A stretch of 55,777 bases of DNA, counting the filler, from Circinaria calcarea (Eukaryota): assembly GCA_051942165.1 (NCBI GenBank). It is 5 parts of 5 records of this genome, joined end to end, with 100 filler letters (N's around TTAATTAATTAA, not from the genome) between each part and the next. Parts side by side here need not be neighbours in the genome. Positions count along the whole stretch, not along the records: positions 33,540 to 44,610 come from JAVECS010000717.1; positions 44,711 to 55,777 come from JAVECS010000718.1; 3 more parts are not named here. The stretch is one strand, 5' to 3'. Each line of letters opens with the position of its first letter. The first letter of the stretch is position 1. This document shows, piece by piece, positions 36,426-49,544 of the stretch. The notes under the pieces were generated by a model, which ran no database searches, had not been told where the DNA came from, and worked only from the letters and a program-made list of their open reading frames with translations. The position numbers and the translations under genes were made by a program.

Positions 36426-38305
36426 TAGGTCTTCACAGCAATATCAAAACCTTGAGTAGGGATGTTTCTTAGCAAATGACCGTGATATCTCCTGAAGAGC
36501 AGACCTTCCCAGGACTGTGGCAGATGATAGGTCGGTACGATGACACCAAACGACTGGGGTGCGCAATGCTCTGACAGGATACAGCTAGAAAATGGTTGAC
36601 GGGAGGATATTAAAGATGAGTGAATGGCGAAAGTTGACGATAGGTGATGAATGGGTCGTCAAGCGTGCGGACGATATCGCGATATGCAATCGAAGATCAG
36701 CTTCGAGGGCGTTGTATGAGCTGGTAAAGGAGTGGATGCCAGAATCAATTCTGGCGCTGTCTGCTGTACGAGCTACCGAAAGTCAATGCCCTTGAACCAT
36801 AATTGTCCATTGACCCACAGTTGCGACTGGATCCCGTCATAGCGCAGCGTACCTGTTTTCTTATATGGACATATCTAGGTGAAGACCTGTGTACGGGCTC
36901 TGCGTAGCCAACGGAACCGGCGCTGTGTGGGAAGGATGCTGAAGGAGTGTGTGTGAGGAGTGTGCTGCTCTTTTGTAGATGTACTATCGCCCAGGTAGAA
37001 TTTGCATATCGACGCGCGACTGGGAGCAAACGGTGGCAGAGTGATGGTCAATCCTATGTCACGGTCTTTGATGCTCGCAGTCGCAGAATGCTCGGAGGAG
37101 AAGACATCCTACTGTCACGCGGTGGTCCTGTTCTGAGGAAGGAGGAAAAAGAGGTGGTGTGTAGGCAAGGGGGGAGAGAGCACACACCCACGGTTCAATT
37201 ATTCCGTACTCATACATTTTTTGCGCCCGGACGCTTTCCCTCCAATGGAAGATTGGCGTCGGAGGCAAGCGGTCTTAGCGTGATTGACCGTTTGGTGCCG
37301 GTCCGACTTGCGACAGGATCGAACATTTAAAATTGGAAACTGGATGGCGTCCAGGAGAGTGAGCGGTTAAGGCCTGCCAACACCCGCATTCCGCTCCCTA
37401 CCATCTCCTCGCCCATGATACTACAGCAGTATCTGGAGAAAAGCCTATTCGATCCGGCTGGAAGGGAATACGGGGTGAAACTCAACGCGGTGATTGGCCA
37501 GCAGGCTCGCAGGCTCGAAGGATGAACTCGGGAAAAACATCCAACACGGCAAATCCTGATCATCCTCCCCATTCTTCCCTTCGAGTCCGGGATCATGGAA
37601 CGATCCACACGCGGGTAATACCACAGTCATCGAGACTACCTTAATTAGACTTCATCCCTGCGCGTGAGGAAAGGTGATTTCCGGGCTTGTCGACCCGCTA
37701 GTGTCCTTTGCAACTGCTATGGACTCCGGGCGTGGCTGTACCGATATCTACAGATGATCAATCTGTCACGAATACCAAGGTAATCGAGTCTTGAAGATAT
37801 GCATGTCATCACGTAATCTAAGAATTTCCATTGTGCAATATGCCTAGGGCGCTCCTCGTGCCCCCATCGTAAGGCTCAATGTTCGACGAAGACGAGAGCA
37901 TACATCCCAGGCATCCAAGCTGGAGGTGGCAGCTTCTCCTTTCTGTGCGAACCTGAAGGGGGCAGAATCTTGCCCGACATGACTGTTACAAATTTTGGAC
38001 CGGTGCGACGCCTGTGAAGTCTCCTCATGAGGATTACTGGTGCCCTGGCAATGCCCTTTAGGTGGTGGAGATTGCATCAACCGCGCCATTTAACCCTGCC
38101 GCCTCCAAGCTTCATCAGCCCTAAGGCAATTATGGCCCTGACTATTATTGTACAGCTGGCTTGACCTCATAAGCTACTGTCTAGACCCCACACGAGCTCA
38201 TTCAGAGCTAAAACCAAATGTCCTGCAATCATTGCCAGTCGATGAGGCGACCTCCCCGACATTCCATAAGCGAAACCTCTATCCATGACTGCTATTGCGC
38301 AGTGT

Positions 38306-40633
38306 CTACTTCTTGCCGAGTTTGGCCTTACAATCCGGGCAATACCACTTGGCCCTCCTGCCTGGGGGCTCCAGCAGACCCACGCATTCGAGATGAAACC
38401 ATTCGCGTTCGCACTGCCGGATAGTAATTAGTAGCAAATTCTTAATACGCAAGGACTCCCCAAGGGAGCAAACTACACTCACATCTGCGTTTTCGCAGCA
38501 GATCATCGTCCCAAAACTCACATCGCCACACAAGCAATACCTTGGCTCATCGGGATCGATTTCCTCTCCCGCTGCTTCTTCTTCGGTTTTGATTTCCTCT
38601 TCCTTGTCCTTGACGTTTCCCTCAGCTACCTTCTTGGCAGCGTTAGCAGCGGCTGCAGTACCACGCTTCCTGGGTGCGTTCTTCCTCCTTCCCACACTCA
38701 CGGCCGCACCGCCGTCCTGAGAGTTTGTGACAGGACCTGGGGCAGGACGTTTACTCCTTCGGCTTGCCGCGGTTACAGTGGGCACTGGGGCGGGCGTAGC
38801 GCTCTTGCGGCGAAGATGTTCGCGTGTCGTAATCTCAGGAGGTGGGACTGCCGAACCCCTTTGAGAGTCTGGTCGGGAGGTAGGTCTTGAAGACGGTATA
38901 AGAGGCTCCGGACTAGGTAGAGCAGCTTTGGTGGTAGTAGAAGACCGACGTGATCGAGATGACGTATTCGTTGCTTTTCGGACCGTAACGGGCGAAGCCG
39001 GTTGTGGAATGGGAGTCGAGGCTTTCTGAGGTGAAGGGGCAGGCCCAGCGAGCGGGACCACAGTAGTAGTAGTTGTGGTGGTAGTGTTTAAACTGGCTGT
39101 TATTGGAACAACCTTACGCTTCTTTGGACTTGGCCTGGCTGGAGGCAGGACGATTTCGGATTGCACATCGGAATGAGGCTGAGGATCTTCAACTGGTGGA
39201 GTTGCTTCGCGCTTCCTCTTCTTCGGAGCTTTAGCAGTAGTAGCTTTCTCCTTAACCTTGTCTTTACCATCTCCAAACCCTGCACTGCCGTTAGGTTCAC
39301 CCGCTTTGCCTAGTAACTCCCTGGAGGAATCTCCCTGCATCCTAGCTGCCTCATCCGCTGCAATAGCAGCCTGCTCTCTTGCTAACAATTCCTTTTTTAG
39401 CTTTTTTGCTTCATTCAGCTTCATACCCTTATTGCTAAGTTTTTCACTGAGGCCCAACGAGTCTGCACTAATCTCACCAGGAACGAGTTGCTTCCCAGGA
39501 GCTGTTGTTGCAATGTTATCACAGTCGATAAACTCTTCTCCATTTTCTTCCGCTTTCGATTTGGACTTTCGATAGTTCTCCGGGCCCCGGCCTGCTTCCG
39601 AGAGCTCGCGCCTAATCATCGTCTCACTGGGTGTCCAAATCGCGTTTTTCTTCATCCGTTTTCGTAATCTAGCCATCTCCCACTCCGTCAAGCGCATCCA
39701 AGGTGCATGAATACTGCCCGGCTTCGCGTCCGGAGGTGGAGGAGTTAATAACGAAAGAGCATTGCTCGTCGATATTCCCGCTACGGCGCTATGCACATTG
39801 GTGCCCATAGCACCTGGCGGTCTCGGTGGTCTCGGTGGTCTTGGCGTCTTCGGTGTTTTTAATTTCGGCGGTCTTGGAGGTTTCGGGGTCTTGATGCGGT
39901 TTGGCTTAATTGAGCGGCTGCGTGAAGGTGCGCCGACACGCGATGTGGGCATCGGAATAGGTGACGGCGGCTGGGATTCCCAATCTGAGTCTGTAAACGG
40001 CGGTGGGGAGTCTGGATTTGGGGGCGGGAGGACCTCTCCAGGTATCGTGATCTTGCGGATTCGATGCCGGGGGTGAGGATTAGTCCCAGGAACCCTCGCG
40101 CCTTGCGCTGTGGCCCTAGCATTGTCAAGTCTCAATGTGATCCGCGGGGGCGGAGTTGTTCCCGTGTCCTCCCTCTTTCCTGGGCGAATGCGAGATACTT
40201 GGGGCGACTGTGCTTGAGCTATCGGCGAAGGATCCCGAGAAGGTGGTTTAGGCAATGCGTGAAGCTTCGTTGTAACACTTGTCAGACGGTTGTAGTGGCG
40301 ATCGACCTCATCGTAAAGACGGGAGGCTTCACCGTAAGCAGCTTCTCGAGCAGCAAGAGCAAAGTCAAGCTTAGTGGATATTTGCTGACGCAGGAGGTGA
40401 GGCTCTGGTCGTTCAGTCGGACTGATGCTGGGTAAAACTCCGTACTTCGCCGTCAGTTCATGCAACTCATTCGTTGAGGCTAGGTAGGATTCATCAAGCT
40501 TTCTGATCAACGTCAAGGAGCGGATAAGGTCCGAAGGGAGGTACTCGGTGTAATCGAGGAAATCAGTGACGGTAGCTTGGGCATCTGGATCGATCCGCGC
40601 GTCGACCGCCATTGCTCCTGTAACTGCGGCCAT
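38306..40633 (-). CDS. ING-family-like PHD finger chromatin protein
   Basis: N-terminal 'TDFLDYTEYLPSDLIRSLTLIR' and C-terminal PHD 'YCLC...SFGTMICCE...C..EWFHLECVGL...WYCPDC'; in-frame 69-nt intron 38482-38414. Confidence 0.9.
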   Translation of the reverse strand: MAAVTGAMAVDARIDPDAQATVTDFLDYTEYLPSDLIRSLTLIRKLDESYLASTNELHELTAKYGVLPSISPTERPEPHLLRQQISTKLDFALAAREAAYGEASRLYDEVDRHYNRLTSVTTKLHALPKPPSRDPSPIAQAQSPQVSRIRPGKREDTGTTPPPRITLRLDNARATAQGARVPGTNPHPRHRIRKITIPGEVLPPPNPDSPPPFTDSDWESQPPSPIPMPTSRVGAPSRSRSIKPNRIKTPKPPRPPKLKTPKTPRPPRPPRPPGAMGTNVHSAVAGISTSNALSLLTPPPPDAKPGSIHAPWMRLTEWEMARLRKRMKKNAIWTPSETMIRRELSEAGRGPENYRKSKSKAEENGEEFIDCDNIATTAPGKQLVPGEISADSLGLSEKLSNKGMKLNEAKKLKKELLAREQAAIAADEAARMQGDSSRELLGKAGEPNGSAGFGDGKDKVKEKATTAKAPKKRKREATPPVEDPQPHSDVQSEIVLPPARPSPKKRKVVPITASLNTTTTTTTTVVPLAGPAPSPQKASTPIPQPASPVTVRKATNTSSRSRRSSTTTKAALPSPEPLIPSSRPTSRPDSQRGSAVPPPEITTREHLRRKSATPAPVPTVTAASRRSKRPAPGPVTNSQDGGAAVSVGRRKNAPRKRGTAAAANAAKKVAEGNVKDKEEEIKTEEEAAGEEIDPDEPRYCLCGDVSFGTMICCENADVSVVCSLGESLRIKNLLLITIRQCEREWFHLECVGLLEPPGRRAKWYCPDCKAKLGKK

Positions 40634-41275
40634 GGTTTGAACAGTCTGGTTTGAATTGGGGGATGCATCCGGTTCACTCCATGCCAATTCCCTTTCCACA
40701 CAGCCGGTGAGGATCTGTCTTTGCGTGTGTATCAATGATATGACGAGGAGCCTATCCCCATACCACGTTATCGACTGGTATGTATCATCATAAGCTAGTT
40801 ATCTAGATGAGGTGAGGTATAAAAACACAGTAGGGCACGCGCGAGAGTGATCGGCTGCAAGCCCGGAGAAATATGACGGCCCGTGAAATATATTCTAGCG
40901 TCCTTTTAGAATTGATGCAGTATTCTATGAACTTTAACGAAACAACAAACAAAAATGTACCTGATCAAGTTATGGCAGTAAGCTCCAATTACTGAAATCA
41001 TAGTCATCCGAAACCCATGATTGGAATTGAAAATTGGGCTGATGTTCAGCCATATGAGTGAAGTCGGAATTCTTTCCTAACTCACATTCACATCCTACAG
41101 GGGATGTGTATTCCTTCATTCAGTCAAACTCGTCAAACTGCGTTATCGGCCTCAAAGTCACAGCTGATACAACCGGTTTGCATTCCGTCATAGTCAAAAG
41201 CATTGAAAGCACAAACCCTGCGCAGTTTTTCATTTATTCACCATCAAACACACATATTGAGCATCTATTCCAAGC

Positions 41276-43941
41276 ATGGTGGATGCGAAGTTTGCAAGGC
41301 TGAAATTGTTGATGGGAGGTGAGGAGTTTGAACGACTGTCCCGTGAACAATACGACCCTCCTGTGCCTGAAACTTCGACGCTCTCGGTCACTCCAGCTGC
41401 TGTTATTCAGACCGGGAAACCTCTGCCCTTATCGTCGACTCCTGAATACCGAGCTAACGATGCTTCGGAACCTGTTGCATCAGCGTCCGGAGATGATTGG
41501 TCTAGACCACTCTCAACAAACACGAGGGACAAGAAAGGTACATCAACTAATCAGCTGCACCTGTCAGATGTTGTTGAGCCGGACCCCGAGAGCCGCCAGC
41601 TTGGTCAATTGGCAGGCTTGGGCCAGAGCTTTTGTCCAATTTTAGCTGTTAGCAAGTATCCATATCGATACTTGTATTCTTCCTCTGCTACTGCGGATCT
41701 AGTCTCTCAGAACTTTTTTGCTGCTGGGAAGTTTTGGGCAAGGAAATGGACAATGTAAGTCCGTCTCTTCACATCAGCGTTGACAAACCCCCGCCTTGCA
41801 CATGACCTAGATGTTGCCCATCCAACCCCTTTTACCTGATCACCACTCGTCCCTGGATATGAGGCGCGAGAGCAAGATCTGTTACTAGTATAAATGCCCT
41901 AGCATTAAAAGCAACGCATGCATCATACATACAACCGGGCTTTACGCTACTCTAAGAAGGCTTTCGACTGTTGCAACGCATTGGTGATTTATGACAACCG
42001 GCACAGCTGAGGTTATTTTCAGGAGTGGTCTCTGCTCTCCAATCTCGATACTGAATACTGGCTTCTGGCAGTGCTACTGTCATACTACCGACTTTTTTGC
42101 ATTTCAATTCACATATCCTAGATATAGCAGTGTTACATTCACATCAGGTCAAGCTAACGAGCCATTCACATTTAGCTACTACATACATGCTCCCATCTCT
42201 GTTTCTGTCAAACCCCTCCTCCTAGTGCCATCCGGCGAGGTCAATCTCCTTCTAGAAGAAATCAACTGCAATCTAGGCATATATCTCGACTTTCCTGCCC
42301 GCTCGGAGGAACGAGCATTTCGAATCGATTTCTTAGACGACAAAACTCCCAGGCCACGCTTCTTAGGCATCTGTACATCACGCACCAGCTTTGATATCAT
42401 GGAGAAGGAAATACCGCCTGAGGACTTCAGGGTGAAGGGAGAGGAGACAAAGGTGGATATTACAGATGACCGGTCATATGCTGCCTTCAAGGCGAAGATG
42501 GAGCTTGCTGTACAGGCAACAAAGAACAAGTCAAAAGCCTCAAAGGAAAAGAAAAAGGTTACTCGGGTGCATCAGAAGCAAAGTAAGTACCGTTGCTAAA
42601 CCATATGCTGATTACCTTTGGCCGTTTCTCCTATGCTCCTTTGGAACTAACATACCGATGTTCAGGTTGGTGTCGTCAACTCAAACGAACTCAGCGCTAT
42701 TTAGGACTTCGATTGCGTCGCACGTCGAACGAGGGTTCATACTACAATCCAAATCTAACTTGGGAGGAGATGGTGAAGGCAAAAGAAAGCCAAGATCAAG
42801 CAGCCAAGGTCGTCGTGCCCAAGCTTGATGTCGAAGAGCTAGTACCCTACCCATTCGATAGCGACGTTGTCTTTGTTTCTGTCGATGTCGAATCCTATGA
42901 ACGTAACCACAATTTCATCACGGAGATTGGCATCTCTACTCTTGACACACATGATTTAGCTGAGATCCCTCCCGGCGAACGCGGGATAAATTGGATGCGC
43001 AAGATCCGAGCTCGCCACTTCCGTATTTCTGAGTTTACACATCTTGTCAATAAAGACTTTATTGTCGGTTGTGCGGACCGGTTTGAAAAGGAGTTTGGCG
43101 AGAGCGAATTTATTTCTATCAAGGATGCTCCTCGTCTTGTTGCCTCTTTCTTTCGTCCCCCATTTTCACCTTCCTTGGAATCTGCAGATTGGAATGCTCT
43201 GGAACACAGTGAATCAAACCCAAAACGCAACATCATCCTCGTCGGCCATGATACCAAGACTGATATTGCCTACCTGCGCGACATGGGTTACGATCCCAGT
43301 AATCTATCTAATCTGCTCGAGGTACTTGACACAGCAGAGCTTTTTCGTGCACTTGTATACGATAACCAGCCAAGGGGCCTTGGTGGGTTGCTGTTAGACC
43401 TTGGTATGACTGGTTGGAATCTTCACAATGCTGTACGTTTCCCGGTTGATCTATAGTCTTGAACGTATTAAGTTACAACCTATACCTACCTTTCTAGATG
43501 TCGGCCATTAACTGAGCTTATTATTAATAATAGGGGAATGATGCTGCTTATACTCTCCAAGCTGTCATCGCCATAGCCTTCAAAGGCTTAGCTGCGAAGC
43601 ACGAGCGCCAAGCGATGACCAAGGGCCCCCAAGCACGTGTAGACGAAGCGGTCAAGGACGCAGAAGAGCGGATCATTGATGATGCGGAGGAATGGGGCGT
43701 TGCCGATGGCAACGACGATGGGGGATCTCCTGATTTCAAATTCGAAAAGCCTTCGTTTCGTCCGGATGCTTACGGGAGCACGCAGAGAGCGGATAATGCC
43801 AGAGCCAGAGTCGGTAACGTAAGAGGACGAGCTCGAGCTCGAGCTGGATCTGTTTCAGGTTCGGGCCCAGGTCGTGGCCACGGTTCTGCAGGGATCATGG
43901 GCCCAGATGGAGAAGTGACCTGGGTCACACTTGAGACGTGA
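41276..43941 (+). CDS. qip: QDE-2-interacting protein-like DEDDh exonuclease (Gfd2/YDR514C-like C-terminal domain)
   Basis: 'VSVDVESYE...ITEIGISTLDT', 'ILVGHDTKTD', 'LDTAELF', and 'LHNA|GNDAAYTLQ' across an intron; four exons. Confidence 0.8.
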
Positions 43942-44610
43942 CATTTTTCATATCCGTTCCAAAGGAGGGAAGGGCTAAAGAGCTTGGCTGTGGAAAGAAA
44001 GAAGACCAAAGGGGGTAAAGAAGGAAACGGAGATATTGCTCCCTCACCTGAATCCTTGGGCCAAGTGGGACGGCTGTTGTACATTAAATGCGGTTAGAAG
44101 ATGAGACTCTTTTTTTTTGTGTGGTGGTGACGCTAGAAACTGTTCTTGCTGTCACCTAACATACAAATTGTTAAAGGTTTAGCAGGGAGTGACTTAAGCA
44201 ATGCATCAGGACGGTATTCAATGTGTACGCAATAGTCGATATATTGTGTAACGTATATGTGTGTTGTATAGTTCGCAAAGTGCGAAAGCCAAGGGGAAAA
44301 CTCTGCAGCCTACGCTAGTACTACCATAATACGGGCAGTACAGAACTTCTGCATAGCATACGGTATGCTTGGCTCTCTATTCAACACAAATTAAATTAAA
44401 GCATCATCTAGACAAATCTATCTTTTGGAATCCCCTCCTGTAATATGACACTGAGCGTTTACCCTTGTTGAATTGGTGAAGCGCACGTTGAAGGGGGTTT
44501 ATGTCTGATTGAGCGAAGGGGTGTTGAGCGACGAGTGAGTATGCCAGGGTTTGGTGGACTTGTTTCGTTGCGATGGGAGGAGAGAGGGGGGGTACGGAAG
44601 GAGTACGCCC

Positions 44611-44710
44611 NNNNNNNNNNNNNNNNNNNNNNNNNNNNNNNNNNNNNNNNNNNNTTAATTAATTAANNNNNNNNNNNNNNNNNNNNNNNNNNNNNNNNNN
44701 NNNNNNNNNN
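44611..44710. other. Artificial contig spacer
   Basis: N44-TTAATTAATTAA-N44. Confidence 0.97.
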
Positions 44711-45491
44711 GTTTTTTTAGGAGAGGGGTTTCTTGGAAACGGGGGGAGTGGGGTCGTAATACGTCCCCTCCTGAAGCGGCATATTTCCCCGGAGGGGAGG
44801 ATGTAGAGGGGTGGAAGGGAGGGTTTTCTGGTGCTTGGAGAGGAAGTGGAAGAGGAAAATTGAGCTTTTTGCTCGAATTCACGGAGGGTGCGTGGACACA
44901 CTTGTGGAGGTTCTCCATGATTGAAAAAGAGACAGACAGGGGACAGAAACGGGTGTGCAGAAAAATTGTTACGAATAAATGCTTCCTCGGAAATAGGATG
45001 ATGATGATGACCGGGGGGAAGGGGAACACGGTTTTTTAATTAAAAGACTCTAATGCGTATCTGGCTCTGCTCGCTCGTATAGGAAAACCGGGTTAATGCA
45101 AAGGATTTCATTTTCGTTTTGGTGTATATAACTATAATTAATAAAAGAGATGAGCTAATAATGCCGAATATATAAAAGTATATCGATATTCGTGGTTGGA
45201 GGCGTTGAAAAAGAGTCTTGACGAAAAACAATACATGAGCGAGAGATATGCTGGTGAGAGTAGATTGGTATTTCTACCTGTAAAACCTTTAGTTATTCAG
45301 AGCTTGGTCCGCCAAAATCGCACATGGGGGGAACATTAGAACGTGCGGGGATATTTTATGAAGGAGGCCCCCAAGTCCAAATCATTCTATTCTTCTTATA
45401 AACGTTTTCTATCCGATTTTTAGATAGGCCACCAGTCTCTAATCGTTGCTGTAATGGCAAGAAGTCCTGAAGATAGATTAGGCTTCCGGTA

Positions 45492-45880
45492 TCAGTCCTC
45501 CTTAAAACCTGCGTAACGTCGCCCCACAATAGGCGGCTCAACATCAAAGCTGGTGGCGCAGCAGTGACCTGGTGTCCCTGTCGTTTCATGGGTTACCGCG
45601 CCCCATTGAACCGGTAGTAATGCTGCGTCTTCATCTTCCGCCGGTCGGTGACACGCAGCACTGATGGCTAAGCTGCAGCTGCCGACGAGGGGGATACCGG
45701 GGCCGAGCTTCCTGAGACCAGTGATGATAAGTGCAAGGACCATCAGGCTGCCTACTATGATGACAACCACAAGTGCCGACGCGCTATAGCCACAAGTCGA
45801 TGTACTGTGAATCATTCCGGAGTAGAGGTACTCTGGTGTAGACTTTGATTCGAGTTTGTGATGCGGATCGTAGACCTTGT
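45492..45880 (-). pseudogene. 3' fragment of a DUF6536-type membrane protein gene
   Basis: 'TCGYS...TM...GIPLVGSCSLAISAACH...LPVQWG...GHCC.TS...PP..G..Y' C-terminal signature, with no matching upstream coding region adjacent. Confidence 0.7.
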
Positions 45881-46074
45881 GCCTATTTCCTTCGATTCAC
45901 TGCAGTCTTTCATGGTTTTAGCCTTCGGTGAATAAACAGCAATTTTCAGTGGTTAATACTGACCGCCTGCAGCAGTGACCGTTCTATTCGACGAACTCAG
46001 AACACCTTGTTTACTCGTATCCACATCTAAGCCCTCGTAATTAATTTGTCCCATAAAACCATAACTTACCTATC

Positions 46075-46938
46075 ATGGCAGCCGAAATCCCTCTTATCCG
46101 CTTGCCACTGGATTTCAAATACCATATGCCTCTTCAAGACGGCAATCTCGTTATGCACTGGGGACAGCGACGTACGACCTTGCTGCACCTCACTTACGCA
46201 ACTGAAATTATGACTCCTAACGAGATTGTTGCCATAACTCTAACCGAGGCTGGGATCAAGCACGGTATTGGGAAAGTGTTCTGGCTTCCCAGTCAGCAAG
46301 TCATAGGTAGTTATAAACATCTGGAATTCGGTCCTATTCCCGATCTGGTCTATCAGAGATACTCCTGGACCGAGGACGAGAAAGCGGCGTGGTGGCTGAA
46401 GTCTCATGAGGATCGCTGGTTAGAACTTCGAGGTATTTTTGCGGGCTCGTAATTTATTCTTTTTGGTAGCCCCTGGAATTCAACGTTGCTGACTCTGAAG
46501 CCTGATAGGCGAAATGGGTTGGCTAGATGATTCCATCCCAGTTCTCCCCATCAACTTGAACGTTCAATCCCAAAATGCAAATACATTCACCTTTCGAGAA
46601 TCACTCGCATCTGTCGGGCTGCACTACAGACCCGACGGCGTATATGTAGATTGGTTTCGAGAGTGGGACAAGCAAATGGGGAAAAATGGGGAACGTTGTC
46701 AGTTATTATACGATCTCGTGCTGCTCATCTTCTCTCTAATCCGTGGCCAGTCCGCCGTTTTCAATTAAGCACTCGCCACGGTCCTAGGCCATCTGCGATA
46801 GCTATGATGCAGGGATGTAAGAAGAGAGACAACGATGATGTTATGGAAACCCTCCTGGCAATGATGAGTAATTGTCGTGATGAAGACGTCAAGCTCTGGC
46901 ACGAGGTTCACGCTACCTTTGTATCTACTCCAGCTTAG
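46075..46938 (+). CDS. Hypothetical protein (orphan, probably spliced)
   Basis: Successive ORFs 46075-46452, 46514-46768 and 46651-46938, with a plausible intron near 46433-46508. The 3' structure is uncertain. Confidence 0.4.
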
Positions 46939-47227
46939 TCTTTGAATACAGGTTCTGAAATCCCATTCCTGGAGAATCACCTCTAAATGCCTGGCACAAA
47001 ACAAGCTATCCCTATTAATATGCAGGCTCTGTATGCTTAATCTAATACATTGATTAGGGACTATGAATTATAAGCCCTGGATACTATCTGACGCAATCTA
47101 TATTGCGAGAATTTACGTGTATGATGATACTGCCTTAGCACGGGTTGGGGCGCATTTTCTTGAGGAGTTTGCATTCTTCGAGAAAATGTAATACGGAGAG
47201 TCGGCATCAAAACTCTCTAGTGTTTGT

Positions 47228-49270
47228 CTAATCTTTATGTAGCCTATCCAAATTTGCACGTTGTTTAGCAGCTCTTATAGCTGTATCCTGCGCCTGCGCT
47301 TCCTGTACATCAGCTATAGTTATTTGATATTTTCGATTGTCGTAGGCGAGGTTTGCTCGAGTAAGAACCACCCGGGGATTTTCGACCGAAAAAAAGGCAT
47401 CTAATCGATCGAGGAGAAGATGCATGTGAACAGTAAACAGCAAGGGCAGCTGACCCGACCTCAGAGCTCCTTTGATTGAAAACGAGCGTTCCCATGGAGC
47501 TTGTTGCCCTTCTCTTACGGTAGGAGTATCTAGAACGATCTCTTCGCTGGGAATAAAAAGGTATGGGTGGTGATCATTAGATTGGGTAGGAGAGGCAGGG
47601 TTTCCAATTAGTAAGTATGGACGAGGTCGTCTGAGGCTTTCTGGTGGTCCACTGTAGATAGCAGTTTTGCCAGATTTATGGCAAGTTAGAGTAAAAATGA
47701 GGATTACAGCTTCTCCCCCACTCAATTCATGCATTTCCACCGGTAGCTTGTGCTGCGTGCGGAAGTCCTCTTGTTCGGAAACGGTCCAGGCCCAACGCAA
47801 GAAAACGTAGTGTGCGAACGGATGAGTTGTTGATAGAGGAAGAATTATTCCCGAGCCCCTAATTACAGTTAGCTAAAGGAGTATATACTACAGACGATTT
47901 AAAATTCCTATATACCTTTCTGCACATTGGCGTAACAAAAATCTGTAAACCCAGGGTAGTCGTAGCATATTTTTGAAACGTATCGTCTTATCGATGCTCT
48001 CCCCAGCCGAGTTTTTATCGTCAAATTCCTCGTCCATACCGTCGTTATCATCTTCGTCATTATCTTGACCGTCAATAGATATATCATCCCCAAAATCTTC
48101 ATCTGTCGCCTCCTCTAGCTCCTCGACTGAAGGTGGTAGCAAGGATGGGACGTGCTCTTTTACAATATCATACATCTTGTGCACCCAGCGGCCATTGGAG
48201 TCCACAACGAAGCGAAACTGTTGAAGTTCTTGTAAGGGAACTCGTAAGTTATAAGCATCTTGTGTAATAGCAGGGTCCTCCCAGGCACGCGTATAGGCCC
48301 TAGGTATTAAATAGGCTATCACAGGCGGCTGACGCGAAATGGCTGTAAAAAAAAAGTGCCATCTTTTTGCCTTTGTGAAGTATATTTGCCCACTCTCACT
48401 CCTTATTCGATGAACAAAGTTTCCCTTGATTTCTGCCATTACATCGACTTTCTGTTCCACGAAATAATCACCATAAGGTGCAATCTCTTCAACAATTCTC
48501 CAATCTGCAATTTTAGGCTTAAAAGCCATCGTCTCTAAATGGATTGGTAGAGGCGAGTCTTTCAAGGCGTGATAGATAAGTCTCGTCATACGTTCGGAAG
48601 ATTCCATTGCCTTCCCGGGTAGGAGGGGGACCGCAGTCTGATAATTAAATGGTATAGACTTTAAGCAAGTGCCAGTCCCTGGAACCTTATAGTCCTGTCC
48701 GTCAATAGCTCGCTGCTTTATCTGTTGAACCGCTTCCTCCAAACGAGTGATATGAACCATAAAGGGACTGAGTGATGGTGGTACCGTTAGGTAATTCGAA
48801 ATATCTGAGGTTAAGAAGTCGCTGTGGTTGTAAGCATATGCACTTGGAAGTATTGCGAGATACTCGCGGTTGCTCTCGAAGGCCACTAAGTAAAACTGAG
48901 TAGCCTGCCGTTGCCTGTAAACGTCACGTTTAGTAGCTGAATACCTAAGTGACCAACCAGAATAGATTATTTGAGCTCGTCTGATTCTGATTCCTGTTCT
49001 AAAGGATTTGCAATCGAAGCATATCCATTCCTTACGATTGCAGTATTTGTCTAGAAAGTCGTAAAGCTGACCTGCTGGGGATTCTGGAACGTCTTCGTCA
49101 CCACAATAGACTGCACCATCGCAAGCACATCCTTCATAGCCGCGAATGACAGTAGCAGGGTTGAATGTAAGCAGATGAAAAAGCCTAGCTTCTGAAATAA
49201 CACCTTGGTTATAGGGATTAACGGCATCTGCAAGAGCCAATGATTTTTGGGGCAGCACAGGACGAGACAT
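47228..49270 (-). CDS. Hypothetical protein (about 660 aa) with possible tandem PD-(D/E)xK nuclease-like motifs
   Basis: The 460-aa and 190-aa ORFs join in frame via an intron near 47914-47859 (GTATAT...GCTAAC...TAG). Motifs 'GVISE...CDG...FDCK' and 'SSE...ADW...VEQK', plus an acidic linker. Confidence 0.6.
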
Positions 49271-49544
49271 GACCTAGGCATTTCAGGCGAGGAGTTTATA
49301 TGCGGGTAATGGGCAGCAATGGCATTAGAACCGAATAAAGAAACACTATTTTCGTTGGTAAATATAGACGTTAAAACGTGAAAATAGTGAGCATAATGGC
49401 CTATTCACATTACTCAATGACTAAAGCCAGTGAATATAAGTCACCCCTCCACGATATTAAGAAATTCAATTGTATACATGAATACGAAGGAGAACGACAA
49501 TTAGCTACAGATAGTTAAGCACTATTTTAAAGTATTTAAAAGAG

